Counted from the first letter of the stretch, positions 30,633-40,351 are shown. The stretch: DNA of 64,000 nt from Geopsychrobacteraceae bacterium (GCA_963676795.2 CAXXTB010000002.1:2272001-2336000), one strand, 5' to 3'. Numbers and translations: made by a program. Notes: generated from the sequence alone by a model not told the origin.

Positions 30633-31763
30633 TCAACCGCTATCTTTTCCACTGCGGACCGGTTTCCTCCACAGAACCACAGGAATTCCTCCGTTGGAAA
30701 ACTGCAACAGCCGATCAAAGGCAAGTCCCGTTTGCTTCAACACCTTGCGATCCGGGCAAATCAGCAGACAGTCAAAGCCACTGAAGCGGGTCATAAAACA
30801 GCGGCCGAGGTCCCTATACAGGGCATCCAGGTCAGCATCCTTCCCCAGCCGATCCCCATAGGGCGGGTTGCTGATTAACATCCCCTTCTGGTGCTCAGGC
30901 TCAAATTTCTGCAGCTGCTGGCAAAAAACATTCACATCCCCATCGAGCCCGGCAGTTTTCAGATTGGCTGATAATGCTTCAACAACCTTCGGATTGCTGT
31001 CAAGGGCGACAAGAGACGCAGCCATAGAAACCTCCCCCCTGGCAGCTTCATCCTTGAGCAGTTGCCACAAGCCGGGACGATACTTCGGCCAATCCATAAA
31101 AGCAAAACAGCGGTTGAGCCCGGGAGCCCGTCTCCTGGCGATCAGAGCTCCCTCAATGGCCAGGGTTCCGGATCCGCACATCAGATCGTACAACGGCTGA
31201 GAACCATCATAGCCTGCTGCCAGCAGACATGCAGCCGCCAGGGTTTCCCGCAGCGGAGCGGCCCCCCTGGCCAGCATATAGCCCCTGCGGTGCAGATGTT
31301 CTCCGCTACTGTCGATTGAGACCATGCAGCGGTCATCAACTATCCTTATGTATACTGACGTTTCAGCCATGTGCTCATCATAGGCTGCCAGCCCCAGTGC
31401 CTTCAGGACGGCCTCCTCGCAGGTTTCAGCGATTCGTCCACTATGGACCAGACGCGAATGCTGGGTGCTGACGCGACAGCGACAGCGGCTGCCCGGCTTG
31501 ACAAAACGGCCCCAGGGCAACTTCACCAACTGCTTGTAGAGAGCAGGAAAATCTCGCACCGTAAATTCACCGAGCCGGACCAGAATTCGCGAGGCGCTCC
31601 GCAGCCAGAGATTGGCCAGATAGAGTTCACGCAAACCGCCGGAAAAACTCAAGCCGCCAAGCTCTCTATCCAGAACCGGCAGATTCAGACGCTCCATCTC
31701 CCCGGCACAAATCGCTTCCAGTCCCGGAGCGACAACTACGAAATATTTATTCTCCTGGCTCAC
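30633..31763 (-). CDS. THUMP-domain RNA methyltransferase (RlmL-like)
   Basis: ANLWLRSASRIL, DSSGEHLHRRGY, APLRETLAAA, DLMCGSGT, SNPPYG. Confidence 0.88.
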   Translation of the reverse strand: MSQENKYFVVVAPGLEAICAGEMERLNLPVLDRELGGLSFSGGLRELYLANLWLRSASRILVRLGEFTVRDFPALYKQLVKLPWGRFVKPGSRCRCRVSTQHSRLVHSGRIAETCEEAVLKALGLAAYDEHMAETSVYIRIVDDRCMVSIDSSGEHLHRRGYMLARGAAPLRETLAAACLLAAGYDGSQPLYDLMCGSGTLAIEGALIARRRAPGLNRCFAFMDWPKYRPGLWQLLKDEAARGEVSMAASLVALDSNPKVVEALSANLKTAGLDGDVNVFCQQLQKFEPEHQKGMLISNPPYGDRLGKDADLDALYRDLGRCFMTRFSGFDCLLICPDRKVLKQTGLAFDRLLQFSNGGIPVVLWRKPVRSGKDSG

Positions 31764-31898
31764 CTTGCCTCCCGGCTCTACCGATTACGTCAACAAATCA
31801 AATCGATCAAAAAAATCACTTTACCCACTGTCACGACTGGGCAATAATGATAAAAATATTCTTATCCTAATTGCCAAGTAAATGAAAATATTTGCGCT

Positions 31899-32594
31899 AT
31901 GAGCTTTCAGACATACTTCAAACCGACTCAAAAGCTGTTGCTGCAGATTCAGGAATCGGACCAGTCCCAGTCTCGAACGGAATTACTGACTGTCTATATT
32001 GACTCCATCGAAGGAAATACCCTGATCGTCACCCTCCCCTATGGAGCGAATGCCGTCGATCACTACCCCTTCAAGGAAGGGCTGAATTTCGCCATATCGA
32101 CAGAAGCCCTGGGCCTGGGAATCCGCACAACCGGCGACTTCAGCCGTAAAATTGCCGGAGACAGGTTCTCCATCATCCTGACCGGAACCATGCAGATGTT
32201 CCAGCGCCGGGCCTGCCCGCGCCTTGACTGTCAACTCGGAATCCGTTTCAGCCGCGCAGCCAAGACCCTGCAAACCATGCGTGAAATCTGGCAACGCAAC
32301 ATGGATGTCCTCTACAGCCCTGAAGCACCGCTGATCTTCGAAGGCTTCAAACAGACAAAGGTCAATATCAGCTCCGGCGGACTGCGCCTGTCGGTTAAAC
32401 CTCCGGCCAATCAGGACGAACTCTGCCTGGTGCTGATCAATCTGGATGACGGCAAACCGCCAATCTGCACAATTGCCGAAATCGTCTGGTCCTGTACGCA
32501 GAACGAAAATTCGGTCACGGTCGGAATGCGTTTTATCAATATCCTGAGCGAGGATCAGCTGAGAATTGAACGATTCATTCGTGAAAAAGTTTAA
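31899..32594 (+). CDS. PilZ-domain c-di-GMP receptor (YcgR-like architecture)
   Basis: QRRACPR (RxxxR) and NISSGG (D/NxSxxG); GMRF C-terminus. Confidence 0.82.
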   Translation: MSFQTYFKPTQKLLLQIQESDQSQSRTELLTVYIDSIEGNTLIVTLPYGANAVDHYPFKEGLNFAISTEALGLGIRTTGDFSRKIAGDRFSIILTGTMQMFQRRACPRLDCQLGIRFSRAAKTLQTMREIWQRNMDVLYSPEAPLIFEGFKQTKVNISSGGLRLSVKPPANQDELCLVLINLDDGKPPICTIAEIVWSCTQNENSVTVGMRFINILSEDQLRIERFIREKV

Positions 32595-32710
32595 TCAGAA
32601 GAGTTCAACAATCAACATGTTCTCAGCTTGTATCGCTGAACAATCTGCGCTATAAATTTGAGCAACCGGTCTGAAACAACCAACCACGAACCGACTCAGG
32701 ATACGACTCT

Positions 32711-33490
32711 ATGTTACAGGTTTCCGAAGCTGAAGTTTTTCGCGCCTGCCGCACCCTTTTTGGTCCGGAACTTCAGCTCAACAGAGATTTTTTGAGTTAC
32801 CTGCAACCGGATGGCGTTCGCTCTGCTTACCGTAAAAAAGCCAAAGTCATACACCCGGACAAATTCTCAATTGCGGCTGCAGATGTTCAGGCCCGCCAGC
32901 AGCGACTCTTTCAGGATCTGAATCAGGCCCACCAGACGGTTCTTGATTACCTGAAGCAACGCCAGCTGTTCAAACGTAGCACAACCAGCTATAGAAGCAG
33001 TACGCATGTTTCGCCCCAGAGCACGCAGCGCCACGAACCGCCTAATGCTCAACGTTCCGAACCGCCAAAGGGCTACCGCCAGACCGGGCCGCTGCCGGCA
33101 AGACCTCTCCAGCTGGGACTGTTCCTCTATTACCAGGGAATCATCACCTTTAAATCGATGATCAATGCCATAACCTGGCAACGCGGTCAACGCCCTAATC
33201 TTGGCGATATTGCCATTCGCTGGGGATGGCTGAACAGCGATCAGGTTCGCCAGGTCATCTTCCATCGCGGCGGCTACATGCGCTTCGGGGAAAAGGCGGT
33301 CAGCCTTGGCATGCTGAACGTAACCCAGGTTCGCACCCTGGTGTTCTATCAACGTTCCCTGCAAAAAAAATTCGGGCAATATTTTATCGAAGAGGGGATC
33401 TTTGATGAAGCGACCCTGAATCACTACCTGCAGCAACTGGCGGAACATAACCTCAAGTTCCGCCAACAGGGAAGTGGTCTGTTCTATTAG
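32711..33490 (+). CDS. J-domain protein with C-terminal MshEN-like repeats
   Basis: SAYRKKAKVIHPDK..FQDLNQAH J domain; four 24-aa xLG/xFG..G repeats. Confidence 0.8.
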   Translation: MLQVSEAEVFRACRTLFGPELQLNRDFLSYLQPDGVRSAYRKKAKVIHPDKFSIAAADVQARQQRLFQDLNQAHQTVLDYLKQRQLFKRSTTSYRSSTHVSPQSTQRHEPPNAQRSEPPKGYRQTGPLPARPLQLGLFLYYQGIITFKSMINAITWQRGQRPNLGDIAIRWGWLNSDQVRQVIFHRGGYMRFGEKAVSLGMLNVTQVRTLVFYQRSLQKKFGQYFIEEGIFDEATLNHYLQQLAEHNLKFRQQGSGLFY

Positions 33491-33546
33491 CATCGCACTT
33501 CCTGCCTCTTTTTATTTTTATTTTCACATAAGCAACAGGAGTTACT

Positions 33547-34716
33547 ATGGGATTTCTGGCCTCAACCGCCAGCATCAGCTATTTTCAGGTGTCAGGCGCC
33601 ATCGAGATAACCAACAAGCGCAGCGAACTTCCGGAAAAACTGGAAGCGGACGCCTTTCATTCGATTGAAAACAGCAGTGAAGAGTTATCGACAGGCTGGG
33701 TCCGCATGGACGACTACGATTCGAGCGAATTCTCGGCCGTAGAATACTGCTGGCGGGACCACTACCTCTGTTTTACCCTGCGCCAGGACCGCAGAAGAGT
33801 ACCGGCGGCGCTGCTGAAACGGGAAATCGGCCGCATGTCGGATGCATTCCTGGCTCAGAGGCCGGAACTGAAATTTGTCCCCAAGGCGGAAAAGGAAGAG
33901 ATTCGCGAACGGGCCAGAAACCTGCTGATGGTCAGAACCCTGCCCTCACCATCCTTCTATGATGTGATCTGGGATACCGATCAGAACCTGATCCGCTTCT
34001 GTTCTTTGGGGCAGTCGGTCATCGACAGCTTTCAGGGACTGTTTCACCAGACCTTTCCCGGCTTGCGCCTGTCACTCGTGCATCCGCTGTCACGCGCAGC
34101 CCAGGTCCTTCCCGACAACCTGAAAGAGGTTCTGGAAGAAGCCAATCAGGCCCAGACCGACAGCGTCCTCGAACAGATCGAGGCCAATCGCTGGCTCGGC
34201 AATGATTTCCTGCTCTGGCTCTTTTACCGAACCCTCAACGGTGATTCCGGCTACAAGATCAACGTCTCGGGTCCACTGCTTGAGAATCAGCCCTTTACCG
34301 CCTATATCGACAATCGCCTGGTGCTGATCGGCGGCGGTCAGGAAGGTATCCAGAAGATCGTTGTCGCCGGCCCCCAGGATCATTACCTGGAGGTCAAGGC
34401 GGCTCTCGGTCAGGGCAAGCAGATCGAAGAAGCCAGTATCTTCTTCGTTCAGGGCGAGGATGACGGCTGGAAGCTGACCCTTAAAGGAGAACGCTTTCAG
34501 TTCGGCAGCTATAAAACGCCGATGATCAAACCTGAGAAGGATCCCAGCGACAATCCGGAAGCTGAAGCTCAGGCCGCATTTCTGACCAAACTGGCTTCGG
34601 TTGAAGAAGGGGAACAGATGCTCAACAGCCTGCTGAAGACCTTCATGACCCTGCGCCTGGGCCAGGAATGGAGTAGCGAGTATGCAGCCATTCAGCAATG
34701 GATCAACAACGAGTAA
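33547..34716 (+). CDS. rdgC: Recombination-associated protein RdgC family
   Basis: EELSTGWV, FTLRQDRRRVPAALLK, KEEIRE..LMVRTLPSP. Confidence 0.7.
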   Translation: MGFLASTASISYFQVSGAIEITNKRSELPEKLEADAFHSIENSSEELSTGWVRMDDYDSSEFSAVEYCWRDHYLCFTLRQDRRRVPAALLKREIGRMSDAFLAQRPELKFVPKAEKEEIRERARNLLMVRTLPSPSFYDVIWDTDQNLIRFCSLGQSVIDSFQGLFHQTFPGLRLSLVHPLSRAAQVLPDNLKEVLEEANQAQTDSVLEQIEANRWLGNDFLLWLFYRTLNGDSGYKINVSGPLLENQPFTAYIDNRLVLIGGGQEGIQKIVVAGPQDHYLEVKAALGQGKQIEEASIFFVQGEDDGWKLTLKGERFQFGSYKTPMIKPEKDPSDNPEAEAQAAFLTKLASVEEGEQMLNSLLKTFMTLRLGQEWSSEYAAIQQWINNE

Positions 34717-34743
34717 CCTTCTGACGCTAAAACAATCTCTCAC

Positions 34744-34770
34744 ATGGCCGGACCTTCCGGCCATTTTATT
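34744..34770 (+). terminator. Intrinsic terminator after rdgC
   Basis: ATGGCCGGA/TCCGGCCAT stem plus TTTATT. Confidence 0.65.
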
Positions 34771-34822
34771 TATTCAGACAGGTAACTGTGCTAGATTCAT
34801 GAAAACAACCATGAGGTCATGA

Positions 34823-36943
34823 ATGAGATTCCGCGCGCGCCTGCTCATACTACTGCTGATTACCGCCCTGGTTCCGTTGAGCCTGAGTTTCATGTCACAG
34901 CGCAGCGCCGTCATCCGCTTCGGCAACAGGCTGGCCGGTGACACCCGGGAGCTGCTGAACAACGGCGCGGTCGACCTGCTCCACGCTCTGGTCGATGACT
35001 ATGCCCGCATTCTCGAACGGGATCGCAGCATCGCCATGCTGGCCCTTCAGGCCCAGGCTCAGGCGGTTGAAAACCGGCTTTCGTCATCCCGCCCCCCTGC
35101 AGATTCAGTTTTTTATCTGGCCAGTGATTTTTCAAACCCTGCCCGTCAGCCGCATGATCTCACCCCATCATACAAACATCAGCGCCCACGGAACGACGGC
35201 AGCTTCGAACCGATTCCCGTTTCCTACTCACAGCAGGTTGTATTCCTGACCCGCGGCACACAACTTGAGGAGGTCAAACAGCAGGTGATGCAGCTCAGCT
35301 CGATGAGCCGGATCTACCACGACCTTCATCAGATTCAGCCGGAGTTGTTCCTCTGGCAGTACTCAGCGCTCGGCAGCGGTGTTCATTTCAGCTATCCGGG
35401 CAAGGGGGGCTATCCGCAAGACTACGATCCGCGCAAGCGGGAATGGTACCTCAAAGCCGTCATCCACGACGCTCCCGTGCAGCAGATGATCAACGATCTT
35501 ACCACCAGGGCGCTTATTTTAACCCTGGCCATGCCGGTTCATCTACCAGGAGGCAGAATCGCCGGGGTCACGGCTATCGACATCGACTACCGACAGTTCT
35601 TCAGAGACTGGAGCATCCCTTCGGAATGGGCGGATACCGCTGAAAGCATGATCCTGACCTATGACGGAAAAGCGCCTGACGATGGACACAAGCTGGAGAT
35701 TTTGCTGCGTTCGAGCCAGAATCGCGTCACCGACTGGCAAGCGCCGGTCGAACACAATTACCTGGATCTGAGCGACCCGGCGCTGAATGAGGTCAAACGG
35801 GACATCGGCAATGGAACGTCCGCTGTGCGCAGATTGACCTACCGTGGTCAGGACGTACTGATGGCATACGGAGTCCGCAACGGAACCAATCCATTTCCCC
35901 TCGTCATCGTCCCTTACCAGCGGATTCTTGATCGTGCCGACGACGCCGAGCTCTATATCAACAGTCAGATGACTCAAGGGCTGAGGACCAGTGCGCTGCT
36001 GACCGTCGTCGTGGTCCTGGCGGCCATCATCCTGGCCTTCATCCGCTCTCGCCGGGTCACCCGCCCCCTCGCCCAGCTGACTGAAGCCGCCGAAAATCTT
36101 TCCACCGGGGATTTCGACACCAAGGTCAGGATTGAATCTCAGGATGAATTTGCCGATCTTGGCCAGGTGTTCAACCAGCTTGGCGAGCGGCTCAAGGAAC
36201 GTAATCAGCTGAAACAGTCGCTGGCGCTGGCCAAAGAGATCCAGCAGCAGCTGCTGCCACAGGACATTCCCCTCTGCCCCGGTTTCGAACTGACGGGACG
36301 CAGCATCTACTGCGACGAAACGGGCGGCGACTATTACGACTTTATCCAGCTCAACAATGCAGACCGACAGCGGATCGGCATTGCCGTCGGAGATGTATCG
36401 GGACACGGTATCGGTCCAGCCCTGGTCATGGCGACAACCAGGGGGGCCCTGCATACCCTTTCGGATCACCATAGCAACGATCTGAACAAACTGTTCTGCG
36501 ACCTGAACCGTCACCTCTGCCGCAGCACGTCCGATGCCTTTTTCATGACCCTGTTCTACGCGATCCTGACGCCCGCAACCGGGACCGTCCAATGGCTCTC
36601 AGCTGGGCACGCGCCGATCTTCCTCTACCAGCAGGGCAAGATTCACCAACTTCAGAGTTCCGGCATTCCACTTGGGATCATATGTCCGACAGATTTTGAA
36701 AAGACGCAAGAGATTGTTATGAGATCGGGAGACCTCCTGCTGATCGGAACCGATGGCATCTGGGAAACAACCAACAGCCACGGAGAGATGTTCGGCACGG
36801 ACGGCCTGGCACGCCTGATCAGACACAATGCACAGCTCTCGGCTGACGCCCTCGCCACCCTGATCATCGACAACCTGAACCAATTCAAAGAAAGCGAGTC
36901 TCAAACCGATGACGTCACACTGGTTATCCTCAAAGCGCTCTGA
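34823..36943 (+). CDS. Membrane sensor PP2C/SpoIIE phosphatase (Cache + HAMP + SpoIIE)
   Basis: Two TM helices, YDPRKREWY Cache motif, HAMP (DEFADL), GGDYYD, GDVSGHG, TDGIWE, DDVT. Confidence 0.9.
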   Translation: MRFRARLLILLLITALVPLSLSFMSQRSAVIRFGNRLAGDTRELLNNGAVDLLHALVDDYARILERDRSIAMLALQAQAQAVENRLSSSRPPADSVFYLASDFSNPARQPHDLTPSYKHQRPRNDGSFEPIPVSYSQQVVFLTRGTQLEEVKQQVMQLSSMSRIYHDLHQIQPELFLWQYSALGSGVHFSYPGKGGYPQDYDPRKREWYLKAVIHDAPVQQMINDLTTRALILTLAMPVHLPGGRIAGVTAIDIDYRQFFRDWSIPSEWADTAESMILTYDGKAPDDGHKLEILLRSSQNRVTDWQAPVEHNYLDLSDPALNEVKRDIGNGTSAVRRLTYRGQDVLMAYGVRNGTNPFPLVIVPYQRILDRADDAELYINSQMTQGLRTSALLTVVVVLAAIILAFIRSRRVTRPLAQLTEAAENLSTGDFDTKVRIESQDEFADLGQVFNQLGERLKERNQLKQSLALAKEIQQQLLPQDIPLCPGFELTGRSIYCDETGGDYYDFIQLNNADRQRIGIAVGDVSGHGIGPALVMATTRGALHTLSDHHSNDLNKLFCDLNRHLCRSTSDAFFMTLFYAILTPATGTVQWLSAGHAPIFLYQQGKIHQLQSSGIPLGIICPTDFEKTQEIVMRSGDLLLIGTDGIWETTNSHGEMFGTDGLARLIRHNAQLSADALATLIIDNLNQFKESESQTDDVTLVILKAL

Positions 36944-38195
36944 CTTTGACAAACAGGCAAAGAACACTAGCGGTCAGGCTGCCAGACTTATACGTCCGCT
37001 GCTGATAACGACACTGCTGCTGATTCTGACAATCTCATCCTCAACGGCGGCTGACCTGATAGTATTTGCGACTTTCCCCCAGGAAATGACAGCGGGAGAC
37101 ACTGTCGAGATCCCCGTTTATTTCATCAACCAGAGTCCTCAGGAGCTCGACATTCTCGTTCCCAGAGAACTCAGGGCGCAGCTGAATAATGATGCCAAAA
37201 CACCGCAACCACTTACCATGGTTTCAAGCGACCAGGTGGATGTCAGCGTCACAATTCCTGCCCACCAGTTCTATCAGAAAACCTACCAGAGCAGCATTCC
37301 CCTCTCCCTGCAGGGGCGGTACAGCTACATCCTCTCAGGTTACCCGACCACCAACGGTACTGTTTCGATCAGCTTACCGGAAATGTCGACAACACCAGGG
37401 ATTGCCAACGCCCAAGGGGGAAAACGCAAGGAGACCTACCCAACCCTGGAGAATCTCGAACTACTCTATCAGACCTACGCTACCAATCTGTCACTTTACC
37501 GGCCGATCTATTTTCTGGTCGGAACAGATCCGGCGAAAAGCAAATATCAGATCAGCCTCAAATACCGGCTGCTCAATCCGAACGGAACCCTGACCGAAAA
37601 ACACCCTTGGCTTCAGGGCTTCCACATCGGCTATACCCAGACCTCGTTCTGGGATCTGGTCGCCTATTCACAGCCCTTTGACGATACCAGCTATAAGCCG
37701 GAACTGTTCTTCCAGAGCAGCAACGTAACATTGCGTCCGAACTGGATGGATGCCCTGTTTCTGCAGGCGGGATTTCAGCATGAATCGAATGGCCAGGGGG
37801 GCGACACCTCGCGTAGCACCAACTATTTTTACTTTGAGCCCTCGATGGTTTTCTACAACCCCTCAAACCAGCTGGGAATGATGTTGACTCCGCGCGTTTT
37901 TTATTACTACAACAATGACGACACGACCAATCGCGGTTTTTACAAGTACCGAGGCAACCTCGAACTGGAAACAAAGATCGGTAAAGCCAACGATCTGACC
38001 CTGACAACCTTACTGCGCTTTGCCGAAAAAGGGACGTCTTTTCAGGCGGACCTGACCTACCCAATCCACCGGCTGCTTAAAAACAACCTCGATCTCTATC
38101 TGCAGATCCAGTACACCAACAGCCTGGCGGAAAGTATGCTCCACTACACTGAACGGACCGAAGCAGTGCGGATCGGCATCGCCCTGGTGCGCTGA
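36909..38195 (+). CDS. pldA: Outer-membrane phospholipase A (OMPLA) with extra N-terminal domain; start uncertain
   Basis: KYQISLK, GYTQTSFW, PFDDTSYKPE, HESNG catalytic motif, C-terminal beta-signal. Confidence 0.82.
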   Translation: MTSHWLSSKRSDFDKQAKNTSGQAARLIRPLLITTLLLILTISSSTAADLIVFATFPQEMTAGDTVEIPVYFINQSPQELDILVPRELRAQLNNDAKTPQPLTMVSSDQVDVSVTIPAHQFYQKTYQSSIPLSLQGRYSYILSGYPTTNGTVSISLPEMSTTPGIANAQGGKRKETYPTLENLELLYQTYATNLSLYRPIYFLVGTDPAKSKYQISLKYRLLNPNGTLTEKHPWLQGFHIGYTQTSFWDLVAYSQPFDDTSYKPELFFQSSNVTLRPNWMDALFLQAGFQHESNGQGGDTSRSTNYFYFEPSMVFYNPSNQLGMMLTPRVFYYYNNDDTTNRGFYKYRGNLELETKIGKANDLTLTTLLRFAEKGTSFQADLTYPIHRLLKNNLDLYLQIQYTNSLAESMLHYTERTEAVRIGIALVR

Positions 38196-39142
38196 TCATC
38201 CGAGGCGGAAACCACCTCGATGGTGACATGATCGAGGTGCTGGAGCGATCTGATCTTCTCGCGGTAAGTCTCAACCTTTTCGGATTCTGAAGAGACCAGC
38301 GAAATGATCGCAGCGAAATGACCGGAACTGACGCGCCACAGATGGAGGTCGGTCACCCGGCACAGCCCATCGGCTTCCAGCAGTGAACGAATTCCCTCCG
38401 CAAGCTCCGGCAGAGGATTACGATCGAGCAGTATGCCGCTGGTATCGCGCATCAATCCGTATGCCCAACGGACGATCACCAGGGCACCGACGATCCCCAT
38501 CAGCGGATCGAGCCAACCCAGACCGAAATACTTTCCGGCCAGCAATGCGACAATCGCCAGCAGTGAGGTCAATGCGTCAGCAATGACGTGCATGTAAGCC
38601 GCACGCAGGTTGTGATCGTGATGATGATCGTGATGATGATGGTGGTGATGACTGTGGTCGTGGTCATGTACATGGTGAGCGTGACCATGTTCGTGGTCTC
38701 CGGAACCATGCAGCAACCAGGCGCTGAACAGGTTGACGACCAGGCCGATAACGGCAACCAGCAAGGCTTCGTTGAAGCGGATCTGCGCAGGGGACAACAG
38801 TCGCTCGAAGGATTCGACAACCATCAGCAGCGCGACAATACCGAGCACGATGGCACTGGTATAACCTCCCAGAACACCGACCTTGCCGGTGCCGAAACTG
38901 TAGCTGTTGTCGTTAGCATGAACTCGCGAGTAGTAGTAGGCAAACGCGGTAATACCGAGAGCGAAAAAGTGCGTTCCCATATGCCAGCCATCGGCGAGCA
39001 GAGCCATGGAGCCGAACAGCCAGCCGCAGACAACCTCGATGATCATCATCACCAGAGTCAGCCAGATGACCCGGTAGGTGTTGCGTTCCGCAATCGGATT
39101 GTGCTGATGGAAATGATGGGTATGTGTTTCCTGGTTTGACAT
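38144..39142 (-). CDS. dmeF: CDF family Co/Ni efflux transporter, His-rich loop
   Basis: SMALLADGWHM, FGTGK, long His-rich loop, HNLRAAYMHVIADALTS. Confidence 0.88.
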   Translation of the reverse strand: MSNQETHTHHFHQHNPIAERNTYRVIWLTLVMMIIEVVCGWLFGSMALLADGWHMGTHFFALGITAFAYYYSRVHANDNSYSFGTGKVGVLGGYTSAIVLGIVALLMVVESFERLLSPAQIRFNEALLVAVIGLVVNLFSAWLLHGSGDHEHGHAHHVHDHDHSHHHHHHHDHHHDHNLRAAYMHVIADALTSLLAIVALLAGKYFGLGWLDPLMGIVGALVIVRWAYGLMRDTSGILLDRNPLPELAEGIRSLLEADGLCRVTDLHLWRVSSGHFAAIISLVSSESEKVETYREKIRSLQHLDHVTIEVVSASDDQRTRAMPIRTASVRSV

Positions 39143-39160
39143 AATCAGCTAACAACCTTT

Positions 39161-39573
39161 CTAAAACTGTTGAAGCAGACGCCTGAGCATCAGCCCCAGG
39201 GTTGAGATCTCTTCATCGTTAAAGGTGGCGGTCAGATCATCTGTCAGCAACTGATGCATCTGGGCATGCTCCTGAAAATACTCATCGCCCTGGGCGGTCA
39301 GCCCGATAACGTAAGAGCGACCGTCGGTCGGATGCTGCAGACGCTCAACCAGTTTCATCTGCTCAAGATGGGGATCATCACCGTCAAAGTTCCGGTGGTG
39401 ATCCCCATCTTGGCGGCCAGCTCCTTCATCCTCAGCTTCTGGTGATGGCCGATAATTTCAACAGCATGCATCTGCGCCGGCGACAGGCCACTTTTTTTGA
39501 CCACCTCATGTTCCCAGGATGAAATCTTGTCGTAAAGTTCGATAATCAGCTGAGACAGGTCTTCTGTTTTCAT
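39161..39573 (-). pseudogene. MarR family regulator split by a -1 frameshift near 39367-39372
   Basis: N-half (LSPAQMHAVEII..MKELAAKMGITTGTLTVMI) and C-half (LVER..DGRSYVIGLT) lie in different frames and together form one complete MarR. Confidence 0.85.
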
Positions 39574-39587
39574 ACTCCCTCACATTT

Positions 39588-39634
39588 TAGTTTGATAATC
39601 AAACTATACAGACAAGAAACTTTGATTGTCAAAC
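39588..39634 (-). promoter_or_regulatory. Probable MarR operator(s) overlapping a sigma70 promoter
   Basis: Perfect palindrome TAGTTTGAT-A-ATCAAACTA (39588-39606), second imperfect copy ~39619-39634; minus-strand TTGACA-18-TATAGT. Confidence 0.7.
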
Positions 39635-39667
39635 AAAAATCACGAGAATAACAATCAAGAACTGTTT

Positions 39668-40348
39668 TCAGGAAAAATCAGGGGGTTCGAACTTGTAGCC
39701 GACACCATAGATAGAGTAGATAAGCTCGAGATCTGAAGCCGCTTCGGCCAGTTTACGGCGCAGTTTTTTAACATGACTGTCGATCGTTCGGTCTGAAACA
39801 ATCCGATCGTCAGGGTAGATATGATCCATAAGCTGCTGCCGGTTGTAGATTCTTCCCGGTGCGCTCATCAGCAACTGCATCAGTTTGAATTCCACCGCGG
39901 TCAGAACAACGTCCTGTTCACGGACCCGGATCTGGTAGGTTGCTTCATCCAGGGCAATCTCATGACCTTTGCTATCAACGTGCGCTACACTGCGGCGCAA
40001 CACGGTTTTGACCCGGGTGACAACCTCGCGCGGGCTGTACGGCTTACAGACGTAATCATCGGCCCCGAGCTCGAGACCGATAATGCGGTCGACCTCTTCG
40101 ATTCGGGCGGTCAGCATGATCACCGGCACCGCAGAAAAGCTACGTATCTCACGACAAATTTCCAGGCCGTCGCGGCCTGGCAGCATCAGGTCAAGCAGAA
40201 TCAGGACAGGGTTGACACGGCGAAACTGAGGCATAACCTGAAGACCGTCAGAGACAATGACGGTTTCAAATCCAGCCTGTTTCAGATAATCGTTCAACAC
40301 CCCGGCAAGCTTGGGTTCGTCCTCAACAATCAGTATGGTTCCCGGCAT
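39668..40348 (-). CDS. baeR: OmpR-family response regulator, BaeR-like
   Basis: VEDEPKL, LDLMLPG, ADDYVCKPYSPRE, DRTIDSHVKKLR. Confidence 0.8.
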   Translation of the reverse strand: MPGTILIVEDEPKLAGVLNDYLKQAGFETVIVSDGLQVMPQFRRVNPVLILLDLMLPGRDGLEICREIRSFSAVPVIMLTARIEEVDRIIGLELGADDYVCKPYSPREVVTRVKTVLRRSVAHVDSKGHEIALDEATYQIRVREQDVVLTAVEFKLMQLLMSAPGRIYNRQQLMDHIYPDDRIVSDRTIDSHVKKLRRKLAEAASDLELIYSIYGVGYKFEPPDFS

Positions 40349-40351
40349 TTT

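Noticed and set aside
38610..38700. Repetitive TGA/TGG-rich tract
   Set aside because: Encodes the His-rich loop of the CDF transporter; not a repeat array or CRISPR.
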